Below, one piece after another: positions 1 to 11,502 of a stretch of DNA of 49,456 nucleotides. The notes under the pieces were generated by a model. That model made no database searches, was not told the DNA's origin, and saw nothing but the letters and a program-made list of their open reading frames with translations. The translations under genes were made by a program, and so were the position numbers. The stretch comes from Octopus bimaculoides (taxonomy: Eukaryota): the NCBI RefSeq assembly GCF_001194135.2, contig NC_068987.1:54395176-54444631 (forward strand), written 5' to 3'. The first letter of the stretch is position 1. Every line of letters begins with the position of its first letter.

Positions 1-37
<37 letters not shown>

Positions 38-38
<1 letters not shown>

Positions 39-597
39 TCACCTACGTAAGGTGTTGCTATCTATTTGGTGGGGTATGAAAAGTTTCATCCACTTTGCAC
101 TTTTAAACCCAAATCAAATAATAACAACGGAGATCTACTGTGAGCAGCTTGAGTGGCTTAAGTCAGAGCTAGAAATAAAATGACCATTTTGCTTTTAAGA
201 TAAATGGTGTTCTTCCATTGGGATAATGCTTGGCCACATGCTGCGAGGATGACATCCCAAAGGCTGGAGCACTTTGAATGGGAAATGGTGCCCCACCCAC
301 CATATTTGCCAGACATTGCTCCATCTGATTATCATTTATTGTGCAAGTCTTCAAAATCATTTGGATGGAAAGAATATGAATTCTGTAGATGAGGTCAGAA
401 CAATAGTGGAAGAATATTTTTCATCACAGACAAATGAATTTTGGAAGAGGACGCCTTGCAAGTCTACCAGATAGATGGAAGAGCATTGTAGAAAATGAAG
501 GAGAGTATATTTTAGATTAAAAATAACTTCATTTATCATAATTTTCAAAAATAAACTAAGTATAATGAAACTACATTATTTATGGGATAATTCAATA
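38..597 (+). mobile_element. Decayed mariner (DD34D) transposon, 3' half including right end
   Basis: Frameshifted translation reads KVLLSIWWG...FHWDNAWPHAARMTSQRLEHFEWEMVPHPPYLPDIAPSDYHL...SLPDRWKSIVENEGEYILD*. There are 34 residues between the last two catalytic Asp. The element ends ...ttatttatgggataattcaata|ta, and the 5' half is lost next to (TA)n. Confidence 0.92.
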
Positions 598-605
598 TAT
601 TTATA

Positions 606-920
606 CTCTTTTACTCTTTTACATGTTTCAGTCATTGGAGCACCACCTTTAGTCAAAGAAATCAACCCCAGGACTCATTCTTTGTAAGCTTAGTACTTAT
701 TCTATTGGTCGCTTTTGCTGAACTGCTAGGTTTCGGGGACATAAACACACCAACATCGGTTGTCAAGTGATGGTGGGGGGACAAACACAGACACAAAGAC
801 ACACATACATAAATATATATACATACATGACGGACTTCTTTCAGTTTCCGTCTACTAAATCTACTCACAAGGCTTTGGTCGGCCCAAGGCTATAGCAGAA
901 GACACTTACCCAAGGTGCCA
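606..920 (-). mobile_element. SINE family A, 5'-truncated copy
   Basis: Matches the other family A copies in the window (tttcagtcatt...ggagcaccacc; ttctttcagtttccgtctactaaatc). Other partial copies lie at about 4285-4445, 7257-7460, 14777-14975, 17195-17350, 20513-20670, 21220-21432, 22545-22620, 28656-28809, 41195-41340 and 48515-48680. Confidence 0.85.
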
Positions 921-923
921 TAA

Positions 924-1122
924 TCATTTGATTGTGGCCATGCTTGAGCACCACCTTTAGTCAAACAAATCGACCTCAGGACTTTTATTTGGTTAAGCCT
1001 AGTACTTATTCTATCAGTATCTTCTGCTGAACCACTAAATTACGGGGACATAAATACACCAACATCAACTGTCAAGCAATAATGGGGTGACAAACACAAA
1101 TGCTCACACAAATATATATATA

Positions 1123-1153
<31 letters not shown>

Positions 1154-1303
1154 ATACAACTGGCTTCTTTCAGTTTCCATCTATCAAATCCACTCACTAG
1201 AGGCTCTAGTAAAAGACACTTGCTCAAAGTGCTATGCAGCAGGACTGAACCCTGAACCATGTGGTTGGGAAGCAAGCTTTTTACTACACAGCCATGCTGT
1301 GCC
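924..1303 (-). mobile_element. SINE family A (tRNA-like head, internal microsatellite)
   Basis: The minus strand reads ggcacagcatggctgtgtagtaa (A-box-like), ggttcagtcc (B-box-like), core, microsatellite and 3' module. It is tandem with the 606-920 copy. Confidence 0.85.
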
Positions 1304-1454
1304 TATATATATATATATATATATTCTTTTGACTAAGCCTAAGCAACACAAGAGACAATGTGAGTAATTCCTTTTTCCCAATACCCACGTATTGTGCAGT
1401 TATTTTATTCTAGTTCATTACAAGCATTAAGTAGCTTTTTGGTAAAAAGTCTTC

Positions 1455-1590
1455 ATCATCAGGATTTAACATCTATGTTCCATGCTGGCATGGGTTAGAT
1501 GTTTTGACTGGATCTGATGAGTTTAAGAACCGCATCATGCTCCAGTGCCTGACTTAACATTGTTTGTACAGTCGGATGCCCTTTCTAATG
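1455..1590 (-). mobile_element. RTE-tail SINE-like element (family D), 3' part
   Basis: Reverse complement of the tail seen after the RTE ORF at about 49360-49456 (ttaggaagggcatcc...ccaacccatgccagcatgga...gatgatga). Confidence 0.7.
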
Positions 1591-1670
1591 CCAATTAAAA
1601 AAATCATTTGATACCATCTTTAAGTTCTGTGCTTCTCAGTCAGTGCTGAGAAGCACAGAGCTCACAGGCT

Positions 1671-1891
1671 TTCTTTTATTTGTTTCAGTCATTTTGATTG
1701 TGGCCATGTTGGAGCAGTGCCTTTAGCTGAGCAAATCACCCCCAGGACTTATTCTTTGTAAGCCTAGTATTTATTCAATCAGTCTCTTTTGCTGGACCAC
1801 TAAGTTACGAGGACATAAACACACCAGCATCGGTTGTCAAGCGATGTTTGGTGGGTGGGGGGGATAATCGCGTGCGCGCGCACACACACAT

Positions 1892-1931
<40 letters not shown>

Positions 1932-2097
1932 GACAAGCTTNNNNNNNNNNCTTTCAGTTTCCACCTACCAAATCCACTTACAAGGCTTTGGTTGGCCCAA
2001 GGCTATTGTAGGAGACACTTGCCCAAGGTGCCATGTAGTAGGGCTGAACCCGAAACCATGTAGTTGGTAAGTAAGCTACTTACCACATAGCCAATCC
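1671..2097 (-). mobile_element. SINE family A, near full length
   Basis: Head, core, (CA/TA)n insert and 3' stem-loop module are all present. Confidence 0.9.
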
Positions 2098-2417
2098 TTT
2101 ATTTCTCTTTTGACCACTCTTCTTTGACGAGGTATTACTTGTATTGCTTTTAGCATGATATTCTGTAGTCCCATCTTGGCTGTTGCATTCTAAATGCAGT
2201 TATGATTGTTTTTGATTGTCTGTCTAGTCTTGCCAATTATTTAGCATTCAATCAAGAATATTATGACTATTTTTAAAATAATGAGAAAAATTTACATAAA
2301 TTTTACATTATGCAATGATTAAGAATAAATTAACTGTGGAATATGTAGAGATTGGTAAAAAAAGCAATTTATCATATAATTGTTTCTGCTTTCTTAAACT
2401 TAGCCAAATGCAAATAC

Positions 2418-2452
<35 letters not shown>

Positions 2453-2701
2453 TGTATGTATGTGGGTGCGTGTGTGTGTGTGAAGATCGNNNNNNNNNNN
2501 NNNNNNNNNNNNNNNNNNNNNNNNNNNNNNNNNNNNNNNNNNNNNNNNNNNNNNNNNNNNNNNNNNNNNNNNNNNTATATATATATATATATTATATATA
2601 TATATGTATATGTATATATACGATATACATATATATAAGTAATATTTATAGCCACTTCAATGTAGTTGTCCATTCAAATGGACTTTACTGCAATTTTTTA
2701 A

Positions 2702-2813
2702 CCCCTAAGGGGACATCTCCTCTAGCTGGTTAACAAAGCACAGCTGCATATGAGATATTGTGAGCAGGGGAGCTATGCATCATTAACCAGCCAGAAGAGA
2801 TGTACTCTTGGGG
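2702..2813. mobile_element. TTAA-flanked MITE (piggyBac-like ends), 112 bp
   Basis: TTAA|cccctaaggggacatctcctctagctggttaa ... ttaaccagccagaagagatgtactcttgggg|TTAA. The imperfect TIRs are about 32 bp. TTAA occurs at 2698-2701 and 2814-2817, and the CCC...GGG termini resemble piggyBac. Confidence 0.75.
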
Positions 2814-3426
2814 TTAAAAAATCGCAGCCATGCTGAAGTGTCTACAAACGTTACTTGTTAGTACAACTACAATGTTGATCTCTTAGAGAGATCTTAGAGC
2901 TGTCGCTTTAAATTATATGCATTGCAAGCAGAGGTGGGCTACTGCCATCTCTAGCAGACGAGGTGTCCAGTACTTGATCAAACTGAAAAGAGAAATGATT
3001 TCAGGGCTCGTTATACTAGATGTTTCTTTAACTAGTAGTAAAAGCCACTTAAAGGTTTTCTGACCTGATGAATTAGAGCATGAGGGATAGAGTGATGGAC
3101 AGCAGCAGTAGCTCTCAGAGAACAATAAGTACTTTACTGTCAACTGACAAAGTACTAGTTGTTCATCAATAGGTTCCTTTTCATGCACATACACACACAC
3201 ACCCACATACATGCAACACACATATATATACATATATGTATGTTTCTATGAGTGTATTGAGTTATGTAATTTATCACTTCTCGGTGAATCAACAGAAATT
3301 TATATATGTTTATATGTATGTACATACTTAGATATATATGTATGCTTATATGTATATAAATAAATGCATATATGTGTGTTTGTGTGTGTGTGCATGTGTG
3401 TGTGTATGTGTGTGTGTGTGTGTGTC

Positions 3427-3620
3427 TTCGAAACGCCTAGTTTAGAATAGAGGCAGCTGATGAAGGAAAAGTTCCATATGTGGTTTGTCTGTTTTCCTAT
3501 GTGTTCATTCTGATGTCCGTAAAAAAAGTTCATTTTTTGTGCTTTGTTTATGTTCCTGTTACTTTTTTGTCCACATTTTTTTTTACATCCTGTACCCGGA
3601 TATGCATCTATATATACATG
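3427..3620 (+). mobile_element. Possible Penelope-like terminal fragment between microsatellites
   Basis: Contains the hammerhead-core words cGAAACgc (3430-3434) and CTGATGA (3457-3463), followed by a ggaa-aag-ttcc hairpin. The geometry does not give a complete ribozyme. Confidence 0.3.
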
Positions 3621-3680
3621 TATATGTAGGTATGTACATATATGTATGTATATATGCATATGCTCACATATCATTTGTAT

Positions 3681-3782
<102 letters not shown>

Positions 3783-3804
3783 AGTACACACACATATATA
3801 TACA

Positions 3805-4203
3805 TAGGTTCATGTGTGGCTGTGTGGTTAGAAGCTTGCTTCAAAATCACATGTTTCTGGGTTCAGTCCCACTGCATGACATCTTGGGAATGTGTTTTCT
3901 ACTATAGCCACTGGTCAATCAAAGCCTTATGAGTGGAGTTGGAAGACGAAAACTGAAAGAAGATATATGTATATATCTATGTGTGTGTCTATGTGTCTGT
4001 CTTCATGCCTGTGTTTGTTCCCCCACCACCACTTGACAACCAGTGTTGATGTCTTTACATCCCCATAATTTAGTGGTTCAGCAAAAGAGACCGATGGAAT
4101 AAGTACTAGGCCTAAAAAAAGAAATAAGTCCTGGGGTCAATTAGTCAGTGCTCCAGCATGACCATAGTCAAATGACTGAAACAAGTAAAAGAATAAAAGA
4201 ATA
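3805..4203 (+). mobile_element. SINE family A, full length
   Basis: gtggctgtgtggttag...gggttcagtcccactgcatgacatcttggg...catagtcaaatgactgaaacaagtaaaagaataaaagaata. Confidence 0.9.
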
Positions 4204-5094
4204 CACACACACACANNNNNNNNNNTTGTTTCCTGTTTGTTTGCAGTCTTTATTGCACCTGAACATATATATATACATAAAATCTTTTCTTTCCATTCCC
4301 ATGTACCAAATCCACTCAGAAAGCTTTGGTTTCCTGTGGGGTTAAAGTAGAAGACACTAGCCAAAGATGCCACACAGTGGAACCGAACCTGAAACCATGC
4401 AGTTGGGAAACAAACTTTTTAACTACACAACCTTTACCTACACCATATGAATCCTATTACTATCTGAACTTTCTGATGCTTAGGGAATAAAGGATTTATA
4501 GACATTTACCAGGGGTCATATTAATATAACCTGAGATTAATCATCATTGATTATGCTTTCATACTCATGCTGCATAACTTTTCTTCTTTGTTTATAACAA
4601 TATACTTTTACAAAGACAGAAAAACTACAATCTCAAGATTTCATGTTATGCTATTATCTTTCTGGAAACGATATAATTGAGATTTAATGTTCGTTTGGAC
4701 ATTAAACAAGCCCTTGCATGATAAAATTGCTCTTTCCGCTCATCTCTTTCACCATTCTTCAGGCTAAGATATTTACCATTTTGTCTGCTGGGACTATAAA
4801 ACATTTGCATGACTCACTGTAATATATTTCTTAATAAATTTATAGAAATTGCAGTAAAATATACTTGATATGGAAATATATTTCCTTGAAAATAAAAGTG
4901 TATAAGTTTGCCTTACAAAAAAAAGCAAAACAAATTAAGCAACAAAGAAAAAGACTGACTCCTTGCCACCAACAGAAATACCATCTATTCATTATGTTCA
5001 GATGACTATAGGTGTTGTTGGTGTTGGTGGTGGTGGTAACAGTGGCGGCGGCGGAGGCAGTGGTGGTGGTGATGGTGGTGGTGGTGGTGGTGGT

Positions 5095-5500
5095 GTTTAG
5101 GTCCAAGTCAATCCTGGTTGAGTAGACTTAGATGATCAAAAACATTCCAGTTGTGACCACCCAATCTGTTTTTTTTTTTCCTAGGCATTCTATCCATAGG
5201 CATAGAGAGTCCAAAGTGTCTTTTGTTCAAATAGAAATGTAGTTTTGAAGGACATTTGGATGCAATCTTTAGCAAATTGAATGCTCACGTAGAAACTCTT
5301 ACTAATCCTAGTTGCTGATGTTGTTTAGCCCCTGGTCAGCCCTGATACAACAGACCTATGATTAGAGGGATACCAGCCACGACTATCTCCTGCAGTATCT
5401 AATGTGCCATGACCAACAGAGTGTTGTGTCATTTGAGGAAGAAGATTTGGTTGCTATTTCTTGCATATTGAATGACCACATAGAAGCTCCTCCATTGGCT
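5095..5500 (-). mobile_element. Two tandem old copies of dispersed repeat family E
   Basis: Both units start gt(tg)tttag(c/g)...cc..gtca..cctg. They are reverse-complementary to the units at about 10960-11430 (…gcaagaaatagcaactaaatt…tgatcataggt…gggctaaacaa). Confidence 0.55.
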
Positions 5501-6042
5501 CACCACAAGCTGCAATGTTATTAATAGCCATATTGATTTAACAGCTATGTCAGAAGAAGCTCGGATTATATCTCTATTATTATTAGCTGATGGCAATAAA
5601 GAAACAGCCATTCATATGATATGCTGGATATCCCATTGGCCTGCAGTGATTGGTTGACCTATGTGCAATGTCAGCAAACCAGTATTACAATTAGCATATG
5701 TTTAGTTCAAAGTTTAAATGTAATCACTGACATTGCCTTTGTATGTGTGTATTTGTGAATGTTAAAGCAGTATTTGCTTGTCTATGATTTTGTAATTCCA
5801 TGAGTACATATTTGTATGTGCATGTTTGTGTGCGTGCGTGTGTATGTGTGTATGTGTGTGTGTGTGTGCATTTGTGTGTACTTACACACATTCATGTTAT
5901 AGATTACAATCTCTTCTTTCCTATGCTGTTTTTCACTCTCCATACATGCATACACACACATACACACACATGCATGCACACACACACGCATATATGTAAT
6001 TTTAAGAGTGAGTCTCAAAGTGGATACTTTATAGATAATGGA

Positions 6043-6256
6043 TTCAAATTTCGATAAGGGGCCAGAAATTTTCGAGAGGAAGAGCAAGGCAATTACATCG
6101 ACCCCAGTAGTTGGCTGATGCTTTTTTTATCAACCCCGATAGAATGAAAGGCAAAGTTGGCTTCAGCAGAATTTGAGCTCAAAACACAAAGTGGGGCCAA
6201 AATTGCGCATAGTATTTTGTACAGCATGGTAACAGTTCTGTCAGGTTTCCACCTTG
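6043..6256 (-). mobile_element. SINE family B copy
   Basis: Contains the family B core (on +: ...cgaccccagt...tttatcaaccccga..gaatgaaaggcaaagt...gaatttgagctc). Confidence 0.8.
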
Positions 6257-6460
6257 AATACTGCTATGAATGATAGCAAGTAATATAATATATTCTGTAA
6301 AGAAGATTCAGTTTCATATCTACAGCTAGCCTTTGCCTATTTTTTGTATTTTTTTCCTGTCCAATAGTTTTTTTATTAATCCAATATATTACATGCTATT
6401 ATTTATAGCTGTATCCATTACAAGACTCTTCAGATCTTGAAGCTTCTACTTTTGCATTTT

Positions 6461-6600
<140 letters not shown>

Positions 6601-6643
6601 GTGTGTGTCAGAGAGAGAGTGTGTGAGTTGATATAGATATACA

Positions 6644-7063
6644 TATTCTTTTATTCTTTTACCTGTTTCAGTCATTTGACTCGGCCATGCTGGAGCACCG
6701 CCTTTGGTCGAGCAGATCAACCCCAGGACTTATTTTTTGTAAGCCTAGTTCTTATTCTATCGGTGTCTTTTTGCTGAACTGCTATGTTACGGGGATGTTA
6801 ACACACCGGCATCGGTTGTCAAGCGATGCTGGGAGACAAACACAGACACACAAACATATACACACACACACATATATATATAAATTTATATATGTATATA
6901 CGACTGGCTCCTTTCAGTTTCCATCTACCAAATCCACTTGCAAGGCTTTGGTTGGCCCAAGGCTATAGTAGAAGATACTTGCTCAAGGTGCCACTCAATG
7001 GGACTGAACCCGGAATCATGTGGTTGGTAAGCAAGCAACTTACCACACAGCCACTCTTGCACC
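6644..7063 (-). mobile_element. SINE family A, full length
   Basis: Complete head-to-tail match to the other copies. Confidence 0.9.
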
Positions 7064-7076
7064 TAAAAAATGTGAG

Positions 7077-7196
7077 ATGCTTACAGCACCTTGGTTTCCC
7101 AAATAGTCACCCATCTAAGTACTCACTAGGCTCGATGTTGCTTAACTTCGGTGATTGGATGAGAACTGGTGCTTTCAACGTGATATGGCCATATAA
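7077..7196 (-). pseudogene. 5S rRNA pseudogene, full length (about 120 nt)
   Basis: The reverse complement reads ttatatggccatatcacgttgaaagcaccagttctcatccaatcaccgaagttaagcaacatcgagcctagtgagtacttagatgggtgactatttgggaaaccaaggtgctgtaagcat. It aligns end to end with metazoan 5S. Many differences are CpG->TpG/CpA. A T6 run follows on the minus strand (7065-7070). Confidence 0.92.
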
Positions 7197-7480
7197 ATAT
7201 ATTATAAACATACAGATACATATATCTATAGAGACACACATACATATATAGATATATCTTTTACCTTCTTGTTTCAGTCATTAGACTGTGGTCATGCTGT
7301 GGCACCACCTTGAAGAATTTCTAGTCAAATGAACCAATCTCAGAACATATTTTGTTAAGCCTTGTACTTATTCTATCAGTCTCTTTTGCTGAGTTACAGA
7401 GACAGAAACTTCAAGATCTAAAGAGTTTTGTAGCATTGGTTCACAAACTGTTGTAAGTGACAAACAACACACGCACACAT

Positions 7481-7513
<33 letters not shown>

Positions 7514-7866
7514 CAAGGGTTGGACAAAATAATGGAAACATATTAAAATTTCAAACAAATTTATTTTAATATGGTGTAGGACAGTCTTTGGAGGTAATTA
7601 CAGTTTGAATTCTATGGGGTGTGGATTTGTACAAAGTTCGAATTGTTTCCAAAGGAATTTTTGTCCATTCTTCAGCTAAAACAGTCTCCAGTTCTTGTAG
7701 TGATGATGGTGGAGTATATCGGCTCCTTACCTGTTTTTCTAAATGCATCATGAATGTTCCATAATATTGAGATCTGGGGACTGTGGTGGCCAGATAAGAT
7801 GTTCAACTTCATTAGAATGTTCAAAATTATGATGCTAGGTGTTTCCATTATTTTGTTCAGCCCCTG
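7514..7866 (-). mobile_element. Tc1-derived non-autonomous element with TIRs and TA TSD
   Basis: TA|caagggttggacaaaataatggaaaca ... tgtttccattattttgttcagcccctg|TA. The interior encodes a Tc1 C-terminus (LIWPPQSPDLNIMEH / MHLEKQVRSRY...LAEEWTKIPLETIRTLYKSTPHRIQTVITSK). Confidence 0.9.
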
Positions 7867-8016
7867 TACATCTTCCACATCTGAACACTACCTTCTCTGA
7901 TAACTTTCTCATTAATCTGTCGTACCTCTTGTGCAGGATATTTACTTTATAATAAAGAGTACAAGTAAGTATAAAGTGTAAATAAAGCAGTGAACAGTTA
8001 TGATAGATAAGTAGTG

Positions 8017-8102
8017 TCTCTTACAGCTGTTTCTGGAATACCTAAGCAAGTGGATCATGTGTAACGAATTCCTGTAATCCAAGTATCCCATCATTGGAGA
8101 GA
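8017..8102 (-). ncRNA. Minimal type I hammerhead ribozyme motif (Penelope-type), variant core CCAAUGA
   Basis: Minus strand: stem I tctct, core ccaatga, stem II tgggatac...gtattcca, GAAAC-agct-GUA, stem I' agaga. Stem III is the palindrome ACAGCUGU. Confidence 0.7.
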
Positions 8103-8269
8103 TTGAGGTACAGCAATTTAGAAAGAACAATCCTTTATTAAGGTAAAACGCCTAATACACTTAGTAAATTGTTGATAATTGACTTGAGCAGTGACAATGT
8201 AATGCTTGAGATGGTTCTTTAGTCTTGCTGATGGCAGAGCAACCTCTGTAGTGCTGGTACCATGATAAA

Positions 8270-8460
8270 ATGTGCCCAGCACATTCTGTAAAGTGGTTTG
8301 TGGTTGGTGATTGGAAGGGCATCTAGTCATAGAAATCATGGCAAAAATGAGACAATGATGCAAGATGTGATCCTCTGATAAGTTGACTGTCTTTGAATCC
8401 TGTCAAACCACTCCACTCATGCCAGTATAGAAAACAGACATAAAATAGATGATCATGATG
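8270..8460 (+). mobile_element. RTE-tail SINE-like element (family D)
   Basis: ...ataaaatgtgcccagcacattctgtaaagtgg...ggaagggcatc...catgccagtatagaaaacagacataaaatagatgatcatgatg. Confidence 0.7.
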
Positions 8461-8471
8461 ATATGTATGCA

Positions 8472-8520
<49 letters not shown>

Positions 8521-8536
8521 TTTCTTTGTTAATATG

Positions 8537-8598
8537 TAGCAGAAGCAACTGAGTTGCTCAAGGTTCGAACCTTGAGTCACTCTGTTGCTTCTCTGCTA
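8537..8598. repeat. 62-bp near-perfect palindrome (fold-back or MITE-like)
   Basis: tagcagaagcaactgagttg-ctcaaggttc|gaaccttgag-tcactctgttgcttctctgcta. The central 20 bp are a perfect palindrome. Confidence 0.85.
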
Positions 8599-8684
8599 AA
8601 TTTTTTATAAAAATATTCATATATTCATATTTTGAGTTCTGTTTTTCTTGTTTGCAACAACATATCTATATGTATATCATCTTC

Positions 8685-8872
8685 ATCATTATCATCACCA
8701 TTTAGCGTCCATTGTCCATGCTGGCATGGGTTGGGTGGTTTGACCAGGGCTGGAAAGCTGGTGAGCTACACCAGACTCCAGTCTGATTTGGCATGGTTTC
8801 TAATGCCAACCACTCCGAGAGTGTAATGGGTACTTTTACATGCCACCGGCATGGGTGCCATTTGCATGATGC
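8685..8872 (-). mobile_element. RTE-tail SINE-like element (family D)
   Basis: (CAT)n, then ttagcgtccattgtccatgctggcatgggttgg...ccaaccactccgagagtgtaatgggtacttttacatgccaccggca. Confidence 0.8.
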
Positions 8873-8878
8873 CAGTAT

Positions 8879-8909
<31 letters not shown>

Positions 8910-8934
8910 CGTGCATGTGAGTGTGTGTGTATAT

Positions 8935-9321
8935 GTTGTTGTTGGCACTCTGTCGCTTACGACGTCAAGGGTTCCAGTTGATCCGATCAATGGAACAGCC
9001 TGCTCATGAAATTAACGTGCAAGTGGCTGAGCACTCCACAGACACGTGTACCCTTAACGTAGTTCTCGGGGATATTCAGCGTGACACAGTGTGACAAGGC
9101 TGACCCTTTGAACTACAGGCACAACAGAAACAGGAAGTAAGAGTGAGAGAAAGTTGTGGTAGAAGAGTACAGCAGGGTTCGCCACCATCCCCTGCTGGAG
9201 CCTCATGGAGCTTTAGGTGTTTTCGATCAATAAACACTCACAACGCCTGGTCTGGGAATCGAAACCGCAATCCTATGATCGCGAGTCCGCTGCCCTAACC
9301 ACTGGGCCATTGTGCCTCCAC
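8935..9321 (-). mobile_element. tRNA-derived SINE family C, young full-length copy
   Basis: The minus-strand head gtggaggcacaatggcccagtggttagggcagcggactcgcgatcataggattgcggtttcgattccc has A-box TGGCCCAGTGG and B-box GTTTCGATTCC. The tail is (CAA)n. The direct repeat gtgtgtatat lies at 8925-8934 and 9322-9331. It is highly similar to 26377-26769. Confidence 0.92.
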
Positions 9322-9479
9322 GTGTGTATATATATATATATTATATATAAATATATATAAATATATATAAATATGTATGTATGTATGTATATGTATGTAT
9401 GTATGTATGCATGTACGTATGTTCCTCCACCCTTTCACACATCTTATTTTTCATCCCACAAGGTGTCCAACAACAAACA

Positions 9480-9905
9480 CCTCACCAAGCAAGCCTGGTG
9501 GGGTTGCCAGTTTAGTTGCTGACGACCTGACCATGCGACAGGTTGTACAGGATTACATGTTACCAGTAGCACTCAGGTTGCTCTTGAGCTTGCAGAGGGG
9601 TAAAGCTATCAGCATAAACCTAAAAAAAGGTTTAAGGACAGCGTAAGAACTACTATGAAGTCACTTAGAATGAATCCAGAGGACATAGAAACCCTTGCTT
9701 CGGATGGCGAACAAAAGTGTAGAGTAGAGTGAAAGTATTTGAAGAGGCCATGATAATACATGCAAGACTCAAAAGAGATTTAAGGAAGAATGTTACGACC
9801 GAGAAAGTGAATCACAATGGTCTTTTTGTGTGCACAGTTTGTGACAGACTATGCCTTTCTTTTGCTGGGCTCAAATCTCATTTGTGAACCCATGGAAGAT
9901 GAACA
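9480..9905 (+). mobile_element. RTE-clade LINE 3' remnant with C-terminal zinc-finger-like motif
   Basis: Broken frames give ELAEG*SYQHKPKKRFKDSVRTTMKSLRMNPEDIETLASD / WRTKV...VFEEA...ARLKRDLRK...FVCTVCDRLCLSFAGLKSHL*TH. Confidence 0.8.
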
Positions 9906-10183
9906 TCCACCAACTATTCTGCCTATATGTCTATGCATAGCTTTGAACGCAATGTATGCTAGAAAGATTGCAAATCTAATGGAGGCCTCAAAAGACATTT
10001 TAAGATCCACAAAGATCAGAACTTATCTGCAGCTCTTGGTGGTCTAAATAGGATGTACAATCTATGTGGGAGTCTTTTCAGAACATTGCCTGGTTTAAAA
10101 GGCCACATCAGATGCCATGATAGTTCTAAGGTGTAAGTACAGGAGGTGGTCAAACTCAGCATAAGGAGTAGACAACCACCATA

Positions 10184-10219
<36 letters not shown>

Positions 10220-10362
10220 TGTATAAATATTGTTTTAACATCTGCTTTTCCATGCTCAAATGGTTCAGATAGAATCTTTTGTTGAGACTCAATTTTCTGT
10301 GACTGAATGCCCCTTCTGTTACCAACCCTCATCTGTTTCCATGTGAGGTATATATATACATT

Positions 10363-10400
<38 letters not shown>

Positions 10401-10811
10401 AGGAGTGGGTTGGAGACAAAGAAGACGTAAGTGATTAGTCTATCAGCATGGTGCATACATAGCAATATCCAAATTTTGTCTTTTATCCAAGGTCTCACTC
10501 ATTAGCATGATGTACAGGATAAAAATTTAAAAAAATATATATAGTAAACTTAAGGATTAATTACATCATTTATCTGAATCACTATTTTTCATCTGTTAAC
10601 TTTATTACTATCTCACACTTTCTCAATTTCTCTTGTTTGTTTTTTATCATAATTTTCTATTTATTTTTCATATTTACCTAATATTTTTCTTCAAATTTTG
10701 TTTCTTAGAATCAGGAAGAAAACCTATCAATAATTCTCAATCTATTTTTTGTTTATTCTTTGTTATTTTTTTCTCTAATTTACAATCTCTCTTTCTCTCT
10801 CNNNNNNNNNN

Positions 10812-10865
<54 letters not shown>

Positions 10866-10959
10866 CCTTAACTATTTCCCAATTCAAACTTGGCTTATTT
10901 CTTAACTAACCTTAACCAATTAGTGTTTGTATTTACAAGCTGTTACTAAGTACATCAGT

Positions 10960-11500
10960 GATGATCAAGGATATTTCAAGAAGCAACACAGGTGACTCTA
11001 CACAATTATTGGATATGCAAGAAATAGCAACTAAATTCTTTTTCAAGTCACACCACATGAGAGGCATTTGATATTGTAGCACTAGATACGCACCATCTCT
11101 GAATAAAAGACTACATGGTCATATGATCACACTTGGAGCATTTCTGATCATAGGTATACTCAATCAGGTCTTGCCAAGGGCTAAACAATATCAACTACAG
11201 CATTAAAGGCCAATGAGAGAGCCTTTGCATGGGCAATGACATGCTTGAAACAACAACCAAATATCCCTCAGATCACACAAACTACTACCTTTATCATGGA
11301 AGAAGTCATTTGATGATGTAGTCTTAGATATACTGTGCTTCAATCAAAAGACTGTATGGTTAGTTGTAATCTCTTTGATCCTAAGTTTGCTCAACCAAAG
11401 TTAACTCAGGGCAAGAATAATAACTACAACACAATGCACAAACCTCTACATGGGCACTAAACCTGCTAGAAGTAGCAGCCAAATGTACCTCAAATCACTT
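10960..11500 (+). mobile_element. Tandem old copies of dispersed repeat family E
   Basis: The units repeat gaaatagca(a/g)c.aaat...ctca.atcacac and end gggctaaacaa or gggcaagaataataac. They are reverse-complementary to 5095-5500. Confidence 0.55.
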
Positions 11501-11502
11501 AC

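Noticed and set aside
5470-5690. Protein-looking open frames on both strands with a gtgagc donor-like site
   Set aside because: The donor-like site lies at the end of a family E repeat, and no frame links consistent acceptor and donor sites.
7077-7196. Functional 5S rRNA gene
   Set aside because: It is a solitary copy with many substitutions, a CpG-decay pattern and a damaged 5' terminal helix.
8935-9321. tRNA-like sequences with A and B boxes (also 26377-26769 and family A heads)
   Set aside because: They continue into a shared SINE body and tail, with TSDs in some copies. No complete cloverleaf with a 3' acceptor strand is evident, so they are SINE heads rather than tRNA genes.
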